From Blasia pusilla (Eukaryota): DNA of 64,000 nucleotides. Position 1 is the stretch's first letter; the number at the start of each line of letters is the position of its first letter. Positions 12,446-26,053 of this stretch are shown one piece after another. The stretch is from contig CM114271.1 in NCBI GenBank assembly GCA_050084515.1, positions 32,302,001 to 32,366,000 on the forward strand, read 5' to 3'. The position numbers and the translations under genes are program-made. The notes under the pieces are model-generated. The model searched no databases and was not told where the DNA came from. It saw only the letters and a list, made by a program, of their open reading frames with translations.

Positions 12446-13078
12446 TGTCGTGCGCATACACATCGCTATACAACATACATCGATGTCACTGAACACATAC
12501 ACAAACACCCACAGTCCCATGCTAACTCATGGTATCCAAACAATAAGACAAGAAGTACCAAAATATCTCCAATTAAATAAGGTGAGATCTCTCTCACAAC
12601 ACCATAGCTCTCACATGTGTGCACTCTCACATGTTTTTATGAATGTCAAACCAAACCCACTCTCCTTATGAGAGGCTTGGGTTACTCTCACAAGGCAAGA
12701 GACCATAGTTGTGCTGCCTCATGTCAAGAGGTTCAACAAAGAGAGAATAAGCTCTCTCTCTTTGAGGTATATCCCTCCTCTCTCTCAAACTCTCTCCATG
12801 GTAACCTATGCTCCCAAGTCACCTCCTTGGTTCTTGACCTGATGTAGGAGGTCAATGGTCACTTCCCAAAATACAAAGTTGACCATATATTCAAAATGGT
12901 ACTTACCTAAAATAGTAAGTTCCTCAATATGGCTCAAATGAGCCGAAACGAAAGGAAAACTTGCTCTCTCAAGTTTCATGGGGCCTCAGCAAGTCATCCT
13001 CGACCTCTTGAGCCTGTCCTCCACTACTCGTGAAGGCACTCTACTAGATCTCACCAATCTATCCTAAAAGACGTGATA
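12446..13078. mobile_element. LTR-like unit (~630 bp) starting TGTCGTG and ending in a mutated CACGACA-type terminus, followed after 2 bp by the start of another copy (13081-~13155)
   Basis: Homologous to 33120-33768 and to reverse copies at 37588-38160 and 24500-26053. The reverse copy at 37588 shows the intact terminus TGTCGTGTCTTTTAGG. Confidence 0.7.
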
Positions 13079-15375
13079 GTTGTCGTGCGTATACACAACA
13101 TACATCACTATCACCGAACACACACACAAACACGCACGATCCCCTGCTAACTCACCAAGAGAGCTCATCCATAGGGTCAAGTGCAATCCTAGATAAGGGG
13201 AGGAGAAAAGCATAACAAAGGTAATCCTGAATAGCCTAGGGGATCCGATGGAACAATCTCGAGCAAGGAAAATGGATCTTGAAAAGACCCATGACACTAC
13301 TAAGGTGGGTCCTCAACCACTCCCTTGACTCCAGAGGGGGTTGTGATGCGGGAAACGTCGGAGAGCATCCATGGTCAACTAGAGGAACCACCCATCTAAA
13401 TCTATTAAAGTCGGGATAGTTTTCCGCTAAGTGGTTCCGAATTCCTAAATGAATGAAGAATTCGGGACAACAAGGGCATCTCGACTAGACGAACCGCGAA
13501 TCCCCACACGAGGGGTTGGATTGGGTCGAGGCATTAATAGGACTCACCAATAAGATACCATCACCCCCTCCATCCAACTCGAGAGACAAATCCCACCAAA
13601 AGCGCCTAAACTCTCCTCATTCAAACTAGGAATTACGGTAATTGACTCTCTTCCTATCCACAGTAATGCTCCCCCTGGAATAAACACTCAACTACCATCA
13701 CCATCTAGGACTTATAGAACCCAAACCCCTCCCCAAACATAACTAGAGGCTTCATGGTGATAATAAGGATATGGGAAGAGAAGTGTAAAAATATATAAAA
13801 ATGGATGGAAAAAGGATGTACCTAAGGGTGAATGGATGGAGACAACCATGAATTAAGCATAAGCAATAAATAAGGATGACACATTAAGATAAATGTAGAG
13901 GGAAGGGAGTGTATTATGAAAAGAAGTTACATAGGGATCGTTCGTTACATTACAACATGTGAAATGCTAATGCTTATATGGGAAACCCTAATAAGAGTAA
14001 GAATCTATGAAACAAAATAAAAATAAAAATACCTCACAATATGAGCCATGGTGCGGATCAAAACGAACACATAGTGGAGCTCGTTGTTTTGACATATAAC
14101 ATACTTTCTCTCCTAGACCCTCCTCGCCGCTGCGCACGTCCCACTTTGTCCGCCCACCCATCCGTCCGCATCCGTGTGCGCCACCAGTTATAGAGCCATC
14201 CCACTGAAAAGGAAAATGATTTCGTTAATTAAAATTAACTAAGAATTTAATTAGTAAATGTTATTTTGGTGGGAAGAGTAGGTATTGTTCAATTTTTAAT
14301 GAAAGAATGAAATTATTTAAGTATTATTTAAAAATGAAAATTTATTACTCTTTTGATATTAAAAAAAATTTAATTATATTTTGAAATGAAAATATTTCTA
14401 ACTTATTAAAAAATCATTTTCGTTACTAGTGGTGGATTAAAGAAGAAGATTCCGATTTGAGATTGTATTCACGTGAACACGAACGAATGGAAATTCACGA
14501 GAATGATGAAGTGCTGTGCACGAGCGTTTGAAGTAGTGTTCCCAGGGGCTTGTCTGTGCATGAGGCTTGGAAGTTGTGTTGGGCAAGGTTTGTTTGTGGC
14601 GAGGCCCTCCCTCGCGCTTGCGTGCGGAAAGGGTGGGTATGGTGGTCAGGAAGCCGAGCTACGAAGCACGAGGACGCAGCCAGATCTAAAACTGTGACTT
14701 CGGATCTCTCTTTCTCTCGCTCTCCGGAAAGGAAATGAAAGTTTCGCTTTCTTGCGAGTGCCGACCGATTCACACAGAAGTGGCGGCGGCAGTAGCAGCA
14801 CGGAGATGAGGATTCTGTAATTAGGTTTCCATATCCAACGATTAAATTTCATTACGCATGAATTTGACTTGCGCACTTTGCCCCGTTTCCTTGTAATGAC
14901 CATTTGTCCTCGTCGCTCGCAATTCCTGTCTTGGGATCGTTCTGCCTGAAAAAGCGCGCAGCTTCCGGATGGGCGGCAAGAAGCAATGGTTGTGGATACG
15001 ATGCGTGGATCCTAGTTTTAGAGGGTGCTGCAGGTGGAGCGGGTGATCCGGGATCGGGGCGTTTAGCTCGTGCTGATCACTTCCAGCTAGGGTTAGGGTT
15101 GGGAGCATTTCGAACGCGGAATGTTTGCCGAAGAGAGGAGAAAATTGGATTGAAGATTGGGGGCTGTGTTGCTGGCAGGAGTGCTTTTCGTTTCGCACCT
15201 CCTTGCCGTCTGGTTCGCGATTTACGGATGTAATTTGTGATGCGGATGAATTCCAGAATCTGTGTCTCGAAATTACGAGAATTTTGACAGTGGCGAGGCA
15301 ACGGAAAGGAGGACGGATTGGAGGGTTTGACAGAAATTGAAGGAATTTTGAAGCGAGCAGAAGAATTCTACGATT

Positions 15376-18300
15376 ATGGTGGGGCAGGCAGGAGGTGCGG
15401 GGGGTAGCGGGCCAGGAAAGAGGGGAAGGCCGGCTAACGCAGTAAATAACAATGCCAATCATTCGGATGCCGCCGGAGGGGCTGGAGCCGTGGCTCAGCC
15501 CACACTCGGGCCTTCGCTTCAAGTGCTCAATTCCTTTGCAGGTTTGTATCGTTAGTCCTTAGACAAAGGCTGCAAATGCTTTTTGATTTTTTTCTTCTCT
15601 ATATTAGTTAACCCTTAGAATTATATTGTACATTTAGGAGCATTATTTCCGGCATTTTTTATGGGGCACTTATTGGGTACTCGAACAGAAAGATGGCTAT
15701 AGGGATCCTCCTTTTTTTCGTTGGATTTACCCGGGATCAAATAGAGAACTCGTTCGGTTTGTGTAGTCGGAAAATATGGGTGTGACGTCGAGGTCGGTAA
15801 AAGAATATGAGCACCTTCTCCCATACCCTTCCTTCCTCCCCTCCCCTCCTCCCCTAGCCTTCCCTCCCCTACCCTCCTTTTTTAAAAAAAAGAAAGGGTC
15901 TCGTGGGTCTTGATTTGTGCCTAATGGAAAAGTCGATCGTGTAAATTTCCACGAATATTTGGCTAAGATGACCTAAGGATGGTGGTTGGTGCACGTTCTT
16001 CAAGTCAGCTCGTAGGCGTTAATTTGCCAGAAGAAGACTGCAATTTAAAAGTTGAGCTGATGTAACTGGTATCCGTGCGATTCAACGATCCACTAGTCCA
16101 TCAGAGACTGGGTCGAGTCTGAAGGCACCATTGGAATCATCCCACTTCCCTGTCTCTGGCCGAGTCTCACGGGAGGCTGGTGCACGGAACGAGTCACTTG
16201 GGGGCATGTTGTAACGGACTGTTCTATGTTCTTGAAGCTGCATTTACAATCCAAACACCAGCCCACTTTGACTATGGGTTCCGGGTCTGGCTTTGTGGTG
16301 CAGAACAACATCACAAGAGGTTAGTTATGGCGTTGCAGAGCGGACTCAAAGGAGAGCTCGCATGGGCTCTCAATGCTCTGACGATGCTCTCGTTCAAAGA
16401 GAAGGATGATAACAGGAAAGATTCGACTCCTCTGGCGAAAATACCTGGCCTTCTTGACGCACTCTTGCATGTGGTACGTGCCGAATTATCCTTGTGTCGT
16501 TCTCTGATCTTGTCGCTGTCTCGGGCTTACAGCCCTTGAATTGGAACCGCTTTTAAGTCCCATTTCATTATTGAACGAATCTCTCCTTGTCGATCATATA
16601 GCCCATGTGTTTGAATTCTCTCTCGAGATGATGGGTAGTTGGTACCAAAACCACGAACCCGGTCCATTCCACCTCCTACTTGTCTGCGCATTCCTGCAAG
16701 AACCGGCATGGTACGTTCTGAAAGTTGCGCCTTCTTGTGGGTTGTCAAGCGAAGATCAATGAGTGGCGCGATATTGGTCATAACAGAGAGTCAGCGAAGC
16801 TTGCTCGACCACGCAATTTGGGAGCTGGTCGCCCTTACACTGGCTTCGGGCTCGAGTACGACACCTCGAGTCCCAACGATCCTCTCAACCGCATAAGGTA
16901 AGGAGTTCAATGGCTCCAGGTCTTCTAGTTGATGGTATGTATTCCGAAAAGAGTATCTAGCGGTGAATGCACTGACTTTGAGACATCCGACCACGGCTAC
17001 TTTTGCGGAAGGTTCTGTAGGACAACCCATAGATCACATATCGATGCAAGCAAAGACTAGTCCATATGGCTTGCATCGGGCCGAAAATAAATGACCTAAA
17101 TAGAAAGAAGGAAGTTAGGACTCTAGCAAGGCTAAAAGATTTTTCCCTTGCTGTCGTCTGTTTCCGGATGTACACTATGCCTCCGAAATTATTTCATGTG
17201 AAGAGCTTAAAGAAGGTGCATGACAGGACATTATCAGAGAACTGGCCGCAAGATGATGCCCAAACCGATGGAGGCGGGCAAAGGAAAGCTTTGGATTGGT
17301 GGTGGGACGAAGAGGGACTTTTCAATCTAGATGAGCTGGGGAGGTCCGAGCGACAGCAATGTGCTGTAGCTGCATCCAATGTGATACGGAACTTCTCGTT
17401 CATGCCTGAGAATGAGGCTACCATGGCTCAACATCGAAACTGTCTGGAGACTCTGATAATCTGCATGGAGGACCATGAGACTGGTAGGCAAAGACCTTAC
17501 CCCTTGTGCTGCTTCTTGAGCCCACGCATTCGGACTGGGGAGAATTTACTCCTACGTTGCAACAGTCGGACTGTTTTGGAGATGGTGATGTGACACTGCT
17601 GCCGTTGCGCGCTTTGCAGAGGATGACGAGCTTGTGACCAACGCGCTCGACTCCATCGTCAATCTCGCTCCCTTTCTGGTTCTGAAGATCTTCGGTGAGA
17701 TGATTGATTCACCTGCCCGAGGTCGCATAACGTAAGTCGCCAAGCCTTCAGGATAAATCCACTCTCGTAGCAAGAGGATAACTGTTGGCTCCGAATCATA
17801 AGAACCATCAGTCTCTGAAACTATTGAGAGGCATGCGGTTCTCAACTTCCGACAGTGCGCGCCTTCCAAAAATCAACTCGACACGGAGAGTTTCGTAATG
17901 TATGTCGTAAATATTTTGTTCATATGCAGGGTCAAGAGAGCAGTGCAGGCTATTTTGGGGATGTTGGAATCGCAAGTGCGGGCATGGCACTGCTCAGCCG
18001 CAGAATTACTCGGCCGTCTTGTTGTCAACCCCGACAACGAAGCTTTCATTCTGCCCTTCGCTCCCCAGGTTCTACGAGCCATTCTTACTTTTCTCGCACT
18101 CGTCATCTTCTGTACAGTTTCCATTAGGAAAGTATAGAGAGGCGTCTTAGCTTCTGGCAGTGTTCAATTAATCACGAGCCTAGTGATGAATGCCATCTCT
18201 GAATGAAACTTACACTGCATTCAAGGACTTCGCAGATTTACAAACGATTGGTAGATTTGTTGGGGCTTCCTGGAGCTGATGCGCAAGCAGCTGCTGTAGC

Positions 18301-18904
18301 GGCTCTCTACAATTTTGCGGAGATAAACATGGATTGTCGATTGCGCCTCGCCAATGAACGCTGGTATGCAGGCATATGCAAATATCAAGATAGAGGGCTC
18401 TTTTCGTATCCCGGCGAGGGGCGGAACCGTAGTGAACACATGGCATCAACCAGTGCTACCCAGTTAGTACCCAGTTGCAAATTCGTTCTGTGCGAAGCTC
18501 GAACTCTGGTTAACATCTGGTGGTGTCTTTCGTACGGAGTCACAGGGTAGTGGGTACAGCTCAATTTCTTTGAATATGCTTCAAATAGAATCGACTACTG
18601 TACTGATGCAGATACGCAATCGTGGGTTGTGTTTATGTGACTTCGTAGGGCGATAGGCCGGCTGCTACGTGTGGTGCAATCGCCGCATCCTTTGGCGGAG
18701 ATCTGCAGAAAAGCAGCGCTGACATTGGAGAGTCTAGCATCTGAGCCGCAAAATCGGTCAGTGTTGATGTCACATGAGAACAGTTTTGTGGAGGTGGCGC
18801 TATTGGACATGCGAATGTCTGACATCTTCGCGCGCATATTGTTTGAACTAAGCTCTGGAACCAACTCCAGGGTGGCTCCCGTACGTGGGGTGTGGGGCTC
18901 CTGA
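15376..18904 (+). CDS. LFR: LEAF AND FLOWER RELATED armadillo-repeat protein (SWI/SNF-associated). Eight exons: 15376-15541, 16304-16473, 16755-16897, 17227-17483, 17620-17731, 17930-18068, 18236-18363, 18649-18904
   Basis: GT-AG introns join in phase into one ORF. Recognisable blocks: KRGRP, ALQSGLK..WALN.LT.LSFKEK, WWWDEEGLFNLD, ASNVIRNFSFMPEN, AAELLGRL..NPDNE, NMDCRL.LA.ERW, CRKAA, RGVWG. Confidence 0.95.
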
Positions 18905-21070
18905 TTTCCAACAGTAAATCACTTGTATCATACGTTTGGAGTGTACCGACCTTTTCGAGAAGATATTTTGGGTTGGCACTAGTGAGATTCTGGTGATATA
19001 TTGCAAATCGCTCAAACCACGTTTCATTGCGGACGCCTCCATGTACATTAACTAGTGATAAGCACAAAGGTGCCCGCGCTTTAGGCCACCGGAAGTGTTT
19101 TGCCACGCAGATGGCACTTATGGCATTCAGCTTATCGTAAACTAGATAGGATCCTTCGTTTTTGGACTGCTAGGATTAGCACCAAACATCTGGGAAACGT
19201 GGGTATCTTTCATCAGGAGAGAGTTCATCTGACATTACCGCCAGTCCTCTCACTTAGCTCTTGGGCTTCGTATACTGATGATGTCATGGCCACCCACGAA
19301 ATTGGTACCCGTATGAAAAGTTGATCATGTAGCACCTTGGAGGAATGGAGCCTACTACGGGCTTGGTTTGGCTAACAGGATCTATTACTGGAGCTTTCAG
19401 AGGAATCAAAACAGCTATGGTTCTCACGTAGGTTCTGACAACAACAATGAAGTACGTTGTCACGCCCAAATGCAGTCGAGTTCTTTCGGGTCACGTGAGA
19501 CCCATGTGAGGGATGATAGGCCACTAGTGTCAAAGCATTCATTTCTAGTGATAGTAATCATATCCACCAGGAACCCTGCATCCTCTTCCAGACGACGAGG
19601 TCTGAATCAGGTATAGTTAGGGCCCAAGGTGGAAGTAAATCCTGGAGCCTGTCACCAACACTGTTTCTCGAGCTCTGGGACGAAGAAAGTCCATGAAAAC
19701 CGGTCGCAGCAGATCGAGACTGGTGAGTCGGTGGCTAACAAAACTTGCTATACGTACATGTTCACATCGTGCAGGGGATCATGTGGCCCGAATATATGTG
19801 GAAAATTTACGACACGAAGTCTACCAGACTTGAAATTGCGAAGCTGTAACTATCTGTCTTTGCTGCATGTAAGGTGTAAGAATCTGGATTGATGGGCTGC
19901 CTCCAGCTGCAAGCCTTAAAATTATTTTTGAGGTCTAAAGGAGCAACGTAGACACCGTGAAGGTAGGCAGCGCGATGATGAGTTTCTTGTTGTTTTCTTG
20001 TAAGCTTCTCACCCCTTAAGGTCTCAGTATGGAAATGAATTTTGTTGATGTACGGAGGTCCCGCAGCAAAAGGTCTAGATTTTTGGTAGTGTGACGATGG
20101 ATGTTTCATGGGTCAGGCGGAAGTTGTAAACATCTACAATTTTTATACACAAACGATTTTGAACATCTACCAAATTTCCTCGTGATAAAATCTTCCAAAA
20201 GAATGCATATAATTTTACCACAGCTCTTGATGGCTTTACCCGTCTGCTAGTGTGCTACAGATTTGAAAGCTCGTCATTCGAAAGGATAATAAATCTATGA
20301 AATGTAGAGTTAAGGTAGATTCAGTAATTTCAGGTTCATTTTAGGGTTATGAATTTGTTACAATGAACTATATGTTAATAACAAAATTTGGTGATACTTC
20401 CAAAGCATTCATTTCATTTCACAATCTCGTGCAAGGAAGATAAGGTCAACATCTTACACAAAGAGTCTGCATGTAACAGCTCAGAGACAATTCTCATTCT
20501 CATTCTCCAGGAGACTGCAGACTTTAAACAGAAAACCACAAGAAACCTCAGAGACAATTCTCATCCCAATTATCCAGTAGAGTGCAAACAATAAACAGAC
20601 CTGAAGTTAAAAGGCAATGTGACAATTGGAAATTAAAAGTTGTACAATCCGCCCACATCAATTTCGTAATTCCCTTCGGAACAGTTGGTAATTGCCTCGT
20701 TACTTGCCGACAGGAAAGTCATAATATTTGCACTTGTCAATACCAGTTTGAGTACATAGGTGAAGATAGTAACCGTTTATTATCACGATAGGTGCCAAGT
20801 CTGGAAAAATTTATGTTTACATTCTCGTGAGTAAAATGATTTGCTCACTACCCGACCCTATTCAGCTGCTGAGTTTCATGAAGAGGTAGCATATCCTAGA
20901 AGATATCTATTCTTGGGGAATTGATATATAGTTAGTATACACACAGCTTTAGGTTTACAAAGACAAACTCTACTCTCTCATCTGAAATAAGCGCCTTTCT
21001 TTTGTGCAGCAGACGGATCACGACATTTTAGAGATACCCTCAAACTCATGTAGACAGTACCAGCTTTGCT

Positions 21071-22173
21071 CTACAGTCTATCAACAGGAAACTCCGTTTG
21101 TGTTGACAGGTTGGAACTGTCCAGATCGATGTTCACCCAGACCTCATTTAGTCGATCCCAAATCTGAAATGGAGAGTTGAACTGAGCAATGGCATAGGAA
21201 TCCAGACCAGAGATAGGAAAAGTTGCATTCCTGAGTGAGTCTGTCTTTGCAAGGCTTTTTGCCAATTCCTCAGCCTCCTGAGCCACATTGCTATCTTGCG
21301 CATAACCAGAGAACTTCCTCACTGCAATGGTCTTCTTTCCCCATCGCTCAAATGTTATGTCAAGCTCTGCAAGAGGAGTTGGTGGTGCTTTCTGGAATTT
21401 TGCAGGGATGAAAAATCGTACAGCAAAAGCAGAGGAGCAGAAGGGCCCAGCTGATGGAATAATTCCTGTCAGTACTGGAGCCGTCATAGGCACTCTTGTC
21501 CAGTTATAATTCCCACCTTCGATGTACTCTAAAAGCCTGTGATTTGCAAGGTTAACCAAATTTTTAGTCTCAGCAATGACCAACAATCTACCATAAAAAG
21601 TGCAGCACAAATTGACAATGAATTTCGTTTCCCCTTACCCAGCAAAGAAAAACACTATATTCCTTCACCAGTGGTGTGCTGCCTGGTCTTCAAAAGCGTC
21701 TAAATTCCCTCTGGTTTCCAGAACTGAATGATATATTCACTAATTGACAACGAATATTTCATTTCTCATTGTTCAGCAAAAAACAAACACTACTCATCGA
21801 GCTAATCTCCAAAATCATCTATGTTCACTCTTGCTTATAAGTTCCCCACAAACGTTTTCATTCCCGGCTGAAATTTACATTCTAAAGTGACAAAACCCCC
21901 AATTATCTCAGAACTCTTTGTCCAAATGATTTCATGCCACAAGGGAAGGGCCAACCTGTGGAATCCAAGTGTAGTGGCACGCACAAATGATACATCTTCC
22001 ACAAGCGCCACTGCCCATACTGACTCGTTATACAAACGAATCTCAAAATCAGATGATTCTTGCAAAACAACGTAGTCTGGCTTCTCCAGATGAAAACCTG
22101 TGCACAAGCTCAAAGCACACAGAAGCACCAAACTGACGGGCACCAAACTGACGGGCAACAACCTCAGGACCAT
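21071..22173 (-). CDS. SOUL/heme-binding family protein with an N-terminal signal peptide. Exons 22173-21956 and 21536-21071
   Basis: EKPDYVV...FEIRLY, GFHRL(L)EYI.GGN, PMTAPV, IAVRKFSGY, AQFNSPF...RLNEVW. The phase-2 GT-AG intron restores the frame. Hydrophobic N-terminus. Confidence 0.92.
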
Positions 22174-23969
22174 CTTTCCTTCTTTCTGTGTTCTGAAGTA
22201 CACTCGGGGCTTTCAAATCCTTCAAAAGACGACAACAGAATGCCAACTATTAGTTAACCTGAAAGATACCTCCAAGTGAACGACAAACTTCTAAACGCAA
22301 CTTTTAAAAGTCCATCAAAAGAGCCGCTAACAATTCAAATCGGAGAGCGGAATCCTCCCGATTCTTGGACCCAACATCCCACCCCTGTGGTTGATCCAGA
22401 CGCAGCTGCACAAGTCAATTTCCTCCTCCAAGAAATGATGTTTGCATTCTGAGTACTCATAAGCATGGCTGAATACCGACAATCACAGGTCCTCTCTCTC
22501 AAGTTGTGGGCAGCACAATTTAACGGTAGCTACTCAGCGCACTGTAGTGGAAAACGGAGCTGGAAAAAGATAGAGACTTCATTTTCCACCTCATCAATCG
22601 CACAGGGCTGCGCTAGTAAGCCCCAATCAGTGTCAGCCCGATGCTAACATTCAAATGTCCAAACACTCGAAACAGGCTTCACACAGCAATTCACATCCTG
22701 GATGTGGAAACTTCCACATATTTCAGCAGAAATTGAACCTTGCAATGGACGGAGGATAACTATGGGGAAAGAAAAAGTGGCCCACGAAAAACCACCGCGA
22801 TCAGTCGGACTTCCTCGTAAACATGTTAAGTCTGCAATCTGCATCGTCTAGAGAAATGCACCAGTAACAACAGAAACAGCGGAATGTGCCGATAGCCTCG
22901 GCAAGAGACTCACCTTCACAAGCGACAGAATACAGCGACAGAAGGCAAGAAAATGATGGAGAAAAAAAAGCTCAACAGAGAAAAACAGAAATCCTATGCA
23001 CTCGCAGCCAAACCTCGGACTCCAATCGCAAGACGACCGAAGCACAACAGGTGACAAGCCCATCCTAAAATAGCTAAACCCTTAGATTGCGAGGCGCACT
23101 GAACAAAACCCCAGCCCAAAAACAAGACAACCTCAAAGAAACAGCTCCAACCGGTAGAAATCGGGACAGGGGGCTCTTCGATGCACCCCTTCCAGTGAGC
23201 CTAATTGGCCCCACTACCCGCCAGTCATGCGCGAAACTGATCATCCATTCCTTTCCTCTGCCTCACATAAACCGCTTCATCAAGTGCAACACGGTCCAAT
23301 CCTACCTGTTACCTCCAATTACAAGACACGGACGACACCCTGCGACCGAAAATCCACACCAACCTGCAGAACCCGTAAAGTCGAACGCTGGCGCAGTACG
23401 AAGAATGCTCTGGAACGAGCTCAGGTCCTGCTCTCGCACATCAGAGGCACCTCCTTAAGGCGGGATCGGGGAGGCCGAAATGGATATCAGTTAGCTCGAC
23501 GGACGCATGGTGCGACGCATGACGGACACGCCAGTGCATGCGTGCCATTGGTTCCCTCCCGATTGGCGTGTGGCTCCGCCCGATGGATGGATTGATCGGA
23601 CAGACCGACAGTAAGTGCCCGGCCGGAAGCGGTGAAGAGCAGATTCTCATGAGAGGAGTGATTGCGAAGTAAACTTGGGATCGAAGTTTGCGGCCGCTGA
23701 ATTCGGGTACGTTGCGTTGGACTCCCTTCCGTTCGTTCGTTCGATTCACAACTCCAAGTGCTTCCCCCATATCAGTTTGGAGGGTGGGTCTTCAAACCGA
23801 AGCTTTTCTGCATTGTACTAGACCCCAGAATTCAATATCATCTATCCTAGCCGGTGATATTTCAAAAAAAATTATTATCTCTTTTTAATTCAACTCTCTC
23901 CCTCAAAGTGTCTATATCATACGGACACATGCGGAAACCTTTCGGTGTTTAGTTATGAGCTGTCCTCTA

Positions 23970-24136
23970 TTAGATTATTGGAGAATGCATTTTTGATTTG
24001 CAAATGTCTTTTTGTTTGACGTGTGGCAATAGGGTAATAAGATAATATTTTCTTCTCTCCTTGCAACAACAAAAAGATTTTATGTGCAACATGATTAGCT
24101 TATTCACTCTGTTGCATGACACGGGTTGCCCACTAG
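23970..24136 (+). mobile_element. Degenerate short Helitron-like element related to the 32.3-33.0 kb units
   Basis: Shares TTGATTTGCAAA...TTTGAC..GTG and TTTATGTGCAACAT blocks with those units. Ends in a decayed GC hairpin followed by CTAG|T at 24133-24137. Confidence 0.5.
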
Positions 24137-24499
24137 TTCTGACTACTATGTGATTTCGTTCGAGACTAACTTTTGGGAGTGTTATAAAATTATGTATTTC
24201 TTTTTGGCATCTTCGTATTTGGGGTACCATTTTAGGTTTCATTAGTGGAATAATGTTCAATGAAAAAGGAGATGAGTGGTATTTTTGCGGCCCCAAATTT
24301 TAATATTTTTTGGTGAATAAAATCTTATTCGAGCAAAATCTTATGACTTAGGAACAAATGTGTGGAATTTCTTGGGAATATCTATCAATTTTAATAAATT
24401 AGATTACCGGCCCAAAAAAGATTTTCTTGTTATCCTATTGTCATGTGCTAATTGAATAGGTATTTGCAAATCAAGAAGTTCTCACGTATTTTGTAATGT

Positions 24500-26053
24500 A
24501 TTGATGACTATTCCTTTAGTGCTTTCGAGGAGATAGGGAGACAACCTTAAGATGATCAAAGATGATTTGTTGAGGACTACAATAATCTGAGATAGCAAAT
24601 TTTCCTATGTTCAGGACTCATTTGGAACCGTATTGAGAAACTACAATTTCAATAAAATTATTATTATAAGCATCATTATATTTATATTTCGAGAATTGAC
24701 CCCTGCTATATGTTAAGAGCCAAAGAGATGATATGTGTGCATATGCCACAAGTAAGATCTTGGGGAGAAGCAAGGGGTATATATTGAAGATTGGGTTATA
24801 GTCAAGCTCATTGGATATCCGAATTGCTACATTTGGTACTCATACGAAGTAGGAAATTTTAATCTTGGTTGGTTAGTTAAGCACGATTATCTTAACTAGG
24901 GTTATTTAATCATAATTAGTTTAACTCAAGACTATGGTTAGGATTAGGGTTGCTTGTAAATACCCTATATAATTGAGAACGAGACCACCTCCACTCATTC
25001 TCTCGTTACAAAATTTCGTTCTCCACGATGATGTGTGAGTGTGAGAGTCATATCCCATCAGTTATGCTTCTTTTGTAGTTTTCTACACAGTATCAAAGTG
25101 ATAGGAGAACACGTATTGAAATTCTTGGTGTTTGAGGGGAGAATAGAGGCAAGAGATTGCACAATTCCAGTTTGGGAGAAGGAAATTTGGTTCAGAGCTC
25201 AATGATTTAAGATTTCAGGTGGAGTTGTGACGGTGACAAAACTAGGGAGGCGTTCTTTAAATAGGGCTTTCCTAGTCAATTTAAGAATCAAGATCCGCTT
25301 CGGTTAGAACAATGTCGAAGGCTAGTTTTGATAGGCTGGTAAAGCTCATCGATAGCTTTCCAATGCATTCGATTATGACATTTTGAGCTCTTGCAACAAC
25401 AATTTCATTGTAGGAAAGTGCAGTTAGTTAAGGAAAGTTGTGCATTTTGTTTTTTACAAGCCAATTTTGACTTGTTCTTCCATACTATTGGTCAATTTTC
25501 ACAAATTTCATGTCAATTTTTGTGTAGGAGTGGTCGATACTTCAATTGGAGCAGTGGAGAGCTTGAAATTACGTTTTTTTTAGTAAAATCTATCTCTAAC
25601 TCAAGTCTATGGTTGGGATTAGGGTTAGGGCTCCTTGTACCTAACCTATATCATTGAGAAGGGGACCAGCCTCCACTCATTCTCTTATTGAAAAATTTTG
25701 TTCTCCATAGTGTAGTGTGAGTATCATTGTCGTATTCCATCAATTATGCTTCTTTAGTATTTTTCTATAGTATATACCCAAGAAGAGAGAGTTTGGGAGC
25801 TCACTCTCGTTGTTGAACCTCTTTTTATGAGACGATGGAGCTATAATCCTCTTTGCCTTGTGAGTAACTCAAACCTTTCACTAGGAGAGTGGGTTTGGTT
25901 TGATATGAAAGAGATGTGAACAATATGTGAGAGTTTTGTTCTGAAATAATTTATTAAAGATATTTTGATACACGATCGTTAATGTTTGTAGATACGATGA
26001 GTGAGTATGTTGGCAATAATATATGTTATGTAGCAATGTGCGTGTGCACGGCA
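24500..26053 (-). mobile_element. Reverse-oriented LTR-like remnant of the TGTCGTG family, split by the Copia derivative
   Basis: 25780-25920 is the reverse complement of ~12645-12770, and the unit ends GTGCACGGCA, the reverse complement of a TGTCGTGC-type terminus. Confidence 0.55.
24782..25769 (+). mobile_element. Internally deleted Copia derivative: 5' LTR 24782-25087, decayed PBS, leader, partial 3' LTR
   Basis: LTR and leader are homologous to the Copia at 39656-44994. A 5-bp TSD GTATA lies at 24777-24781 and 25770-25774. All coding sequence is missing. Confidence 0.85.

Noticed and set aside
14842-15522. 226-aa minus-strand ORF and other overlapping ORFs at 14.5-15.5 kb
   Set aside because: They are antisense to or inside the GC-rich LFR 5' region and exon 1, with no recognisable domain.
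22300-23900. ORFs of 60-123 aa upstream of the SOUL gene
   Set aside because: No family similarity that I recognise. More likely 5' UTR, intron and promoter sequence.
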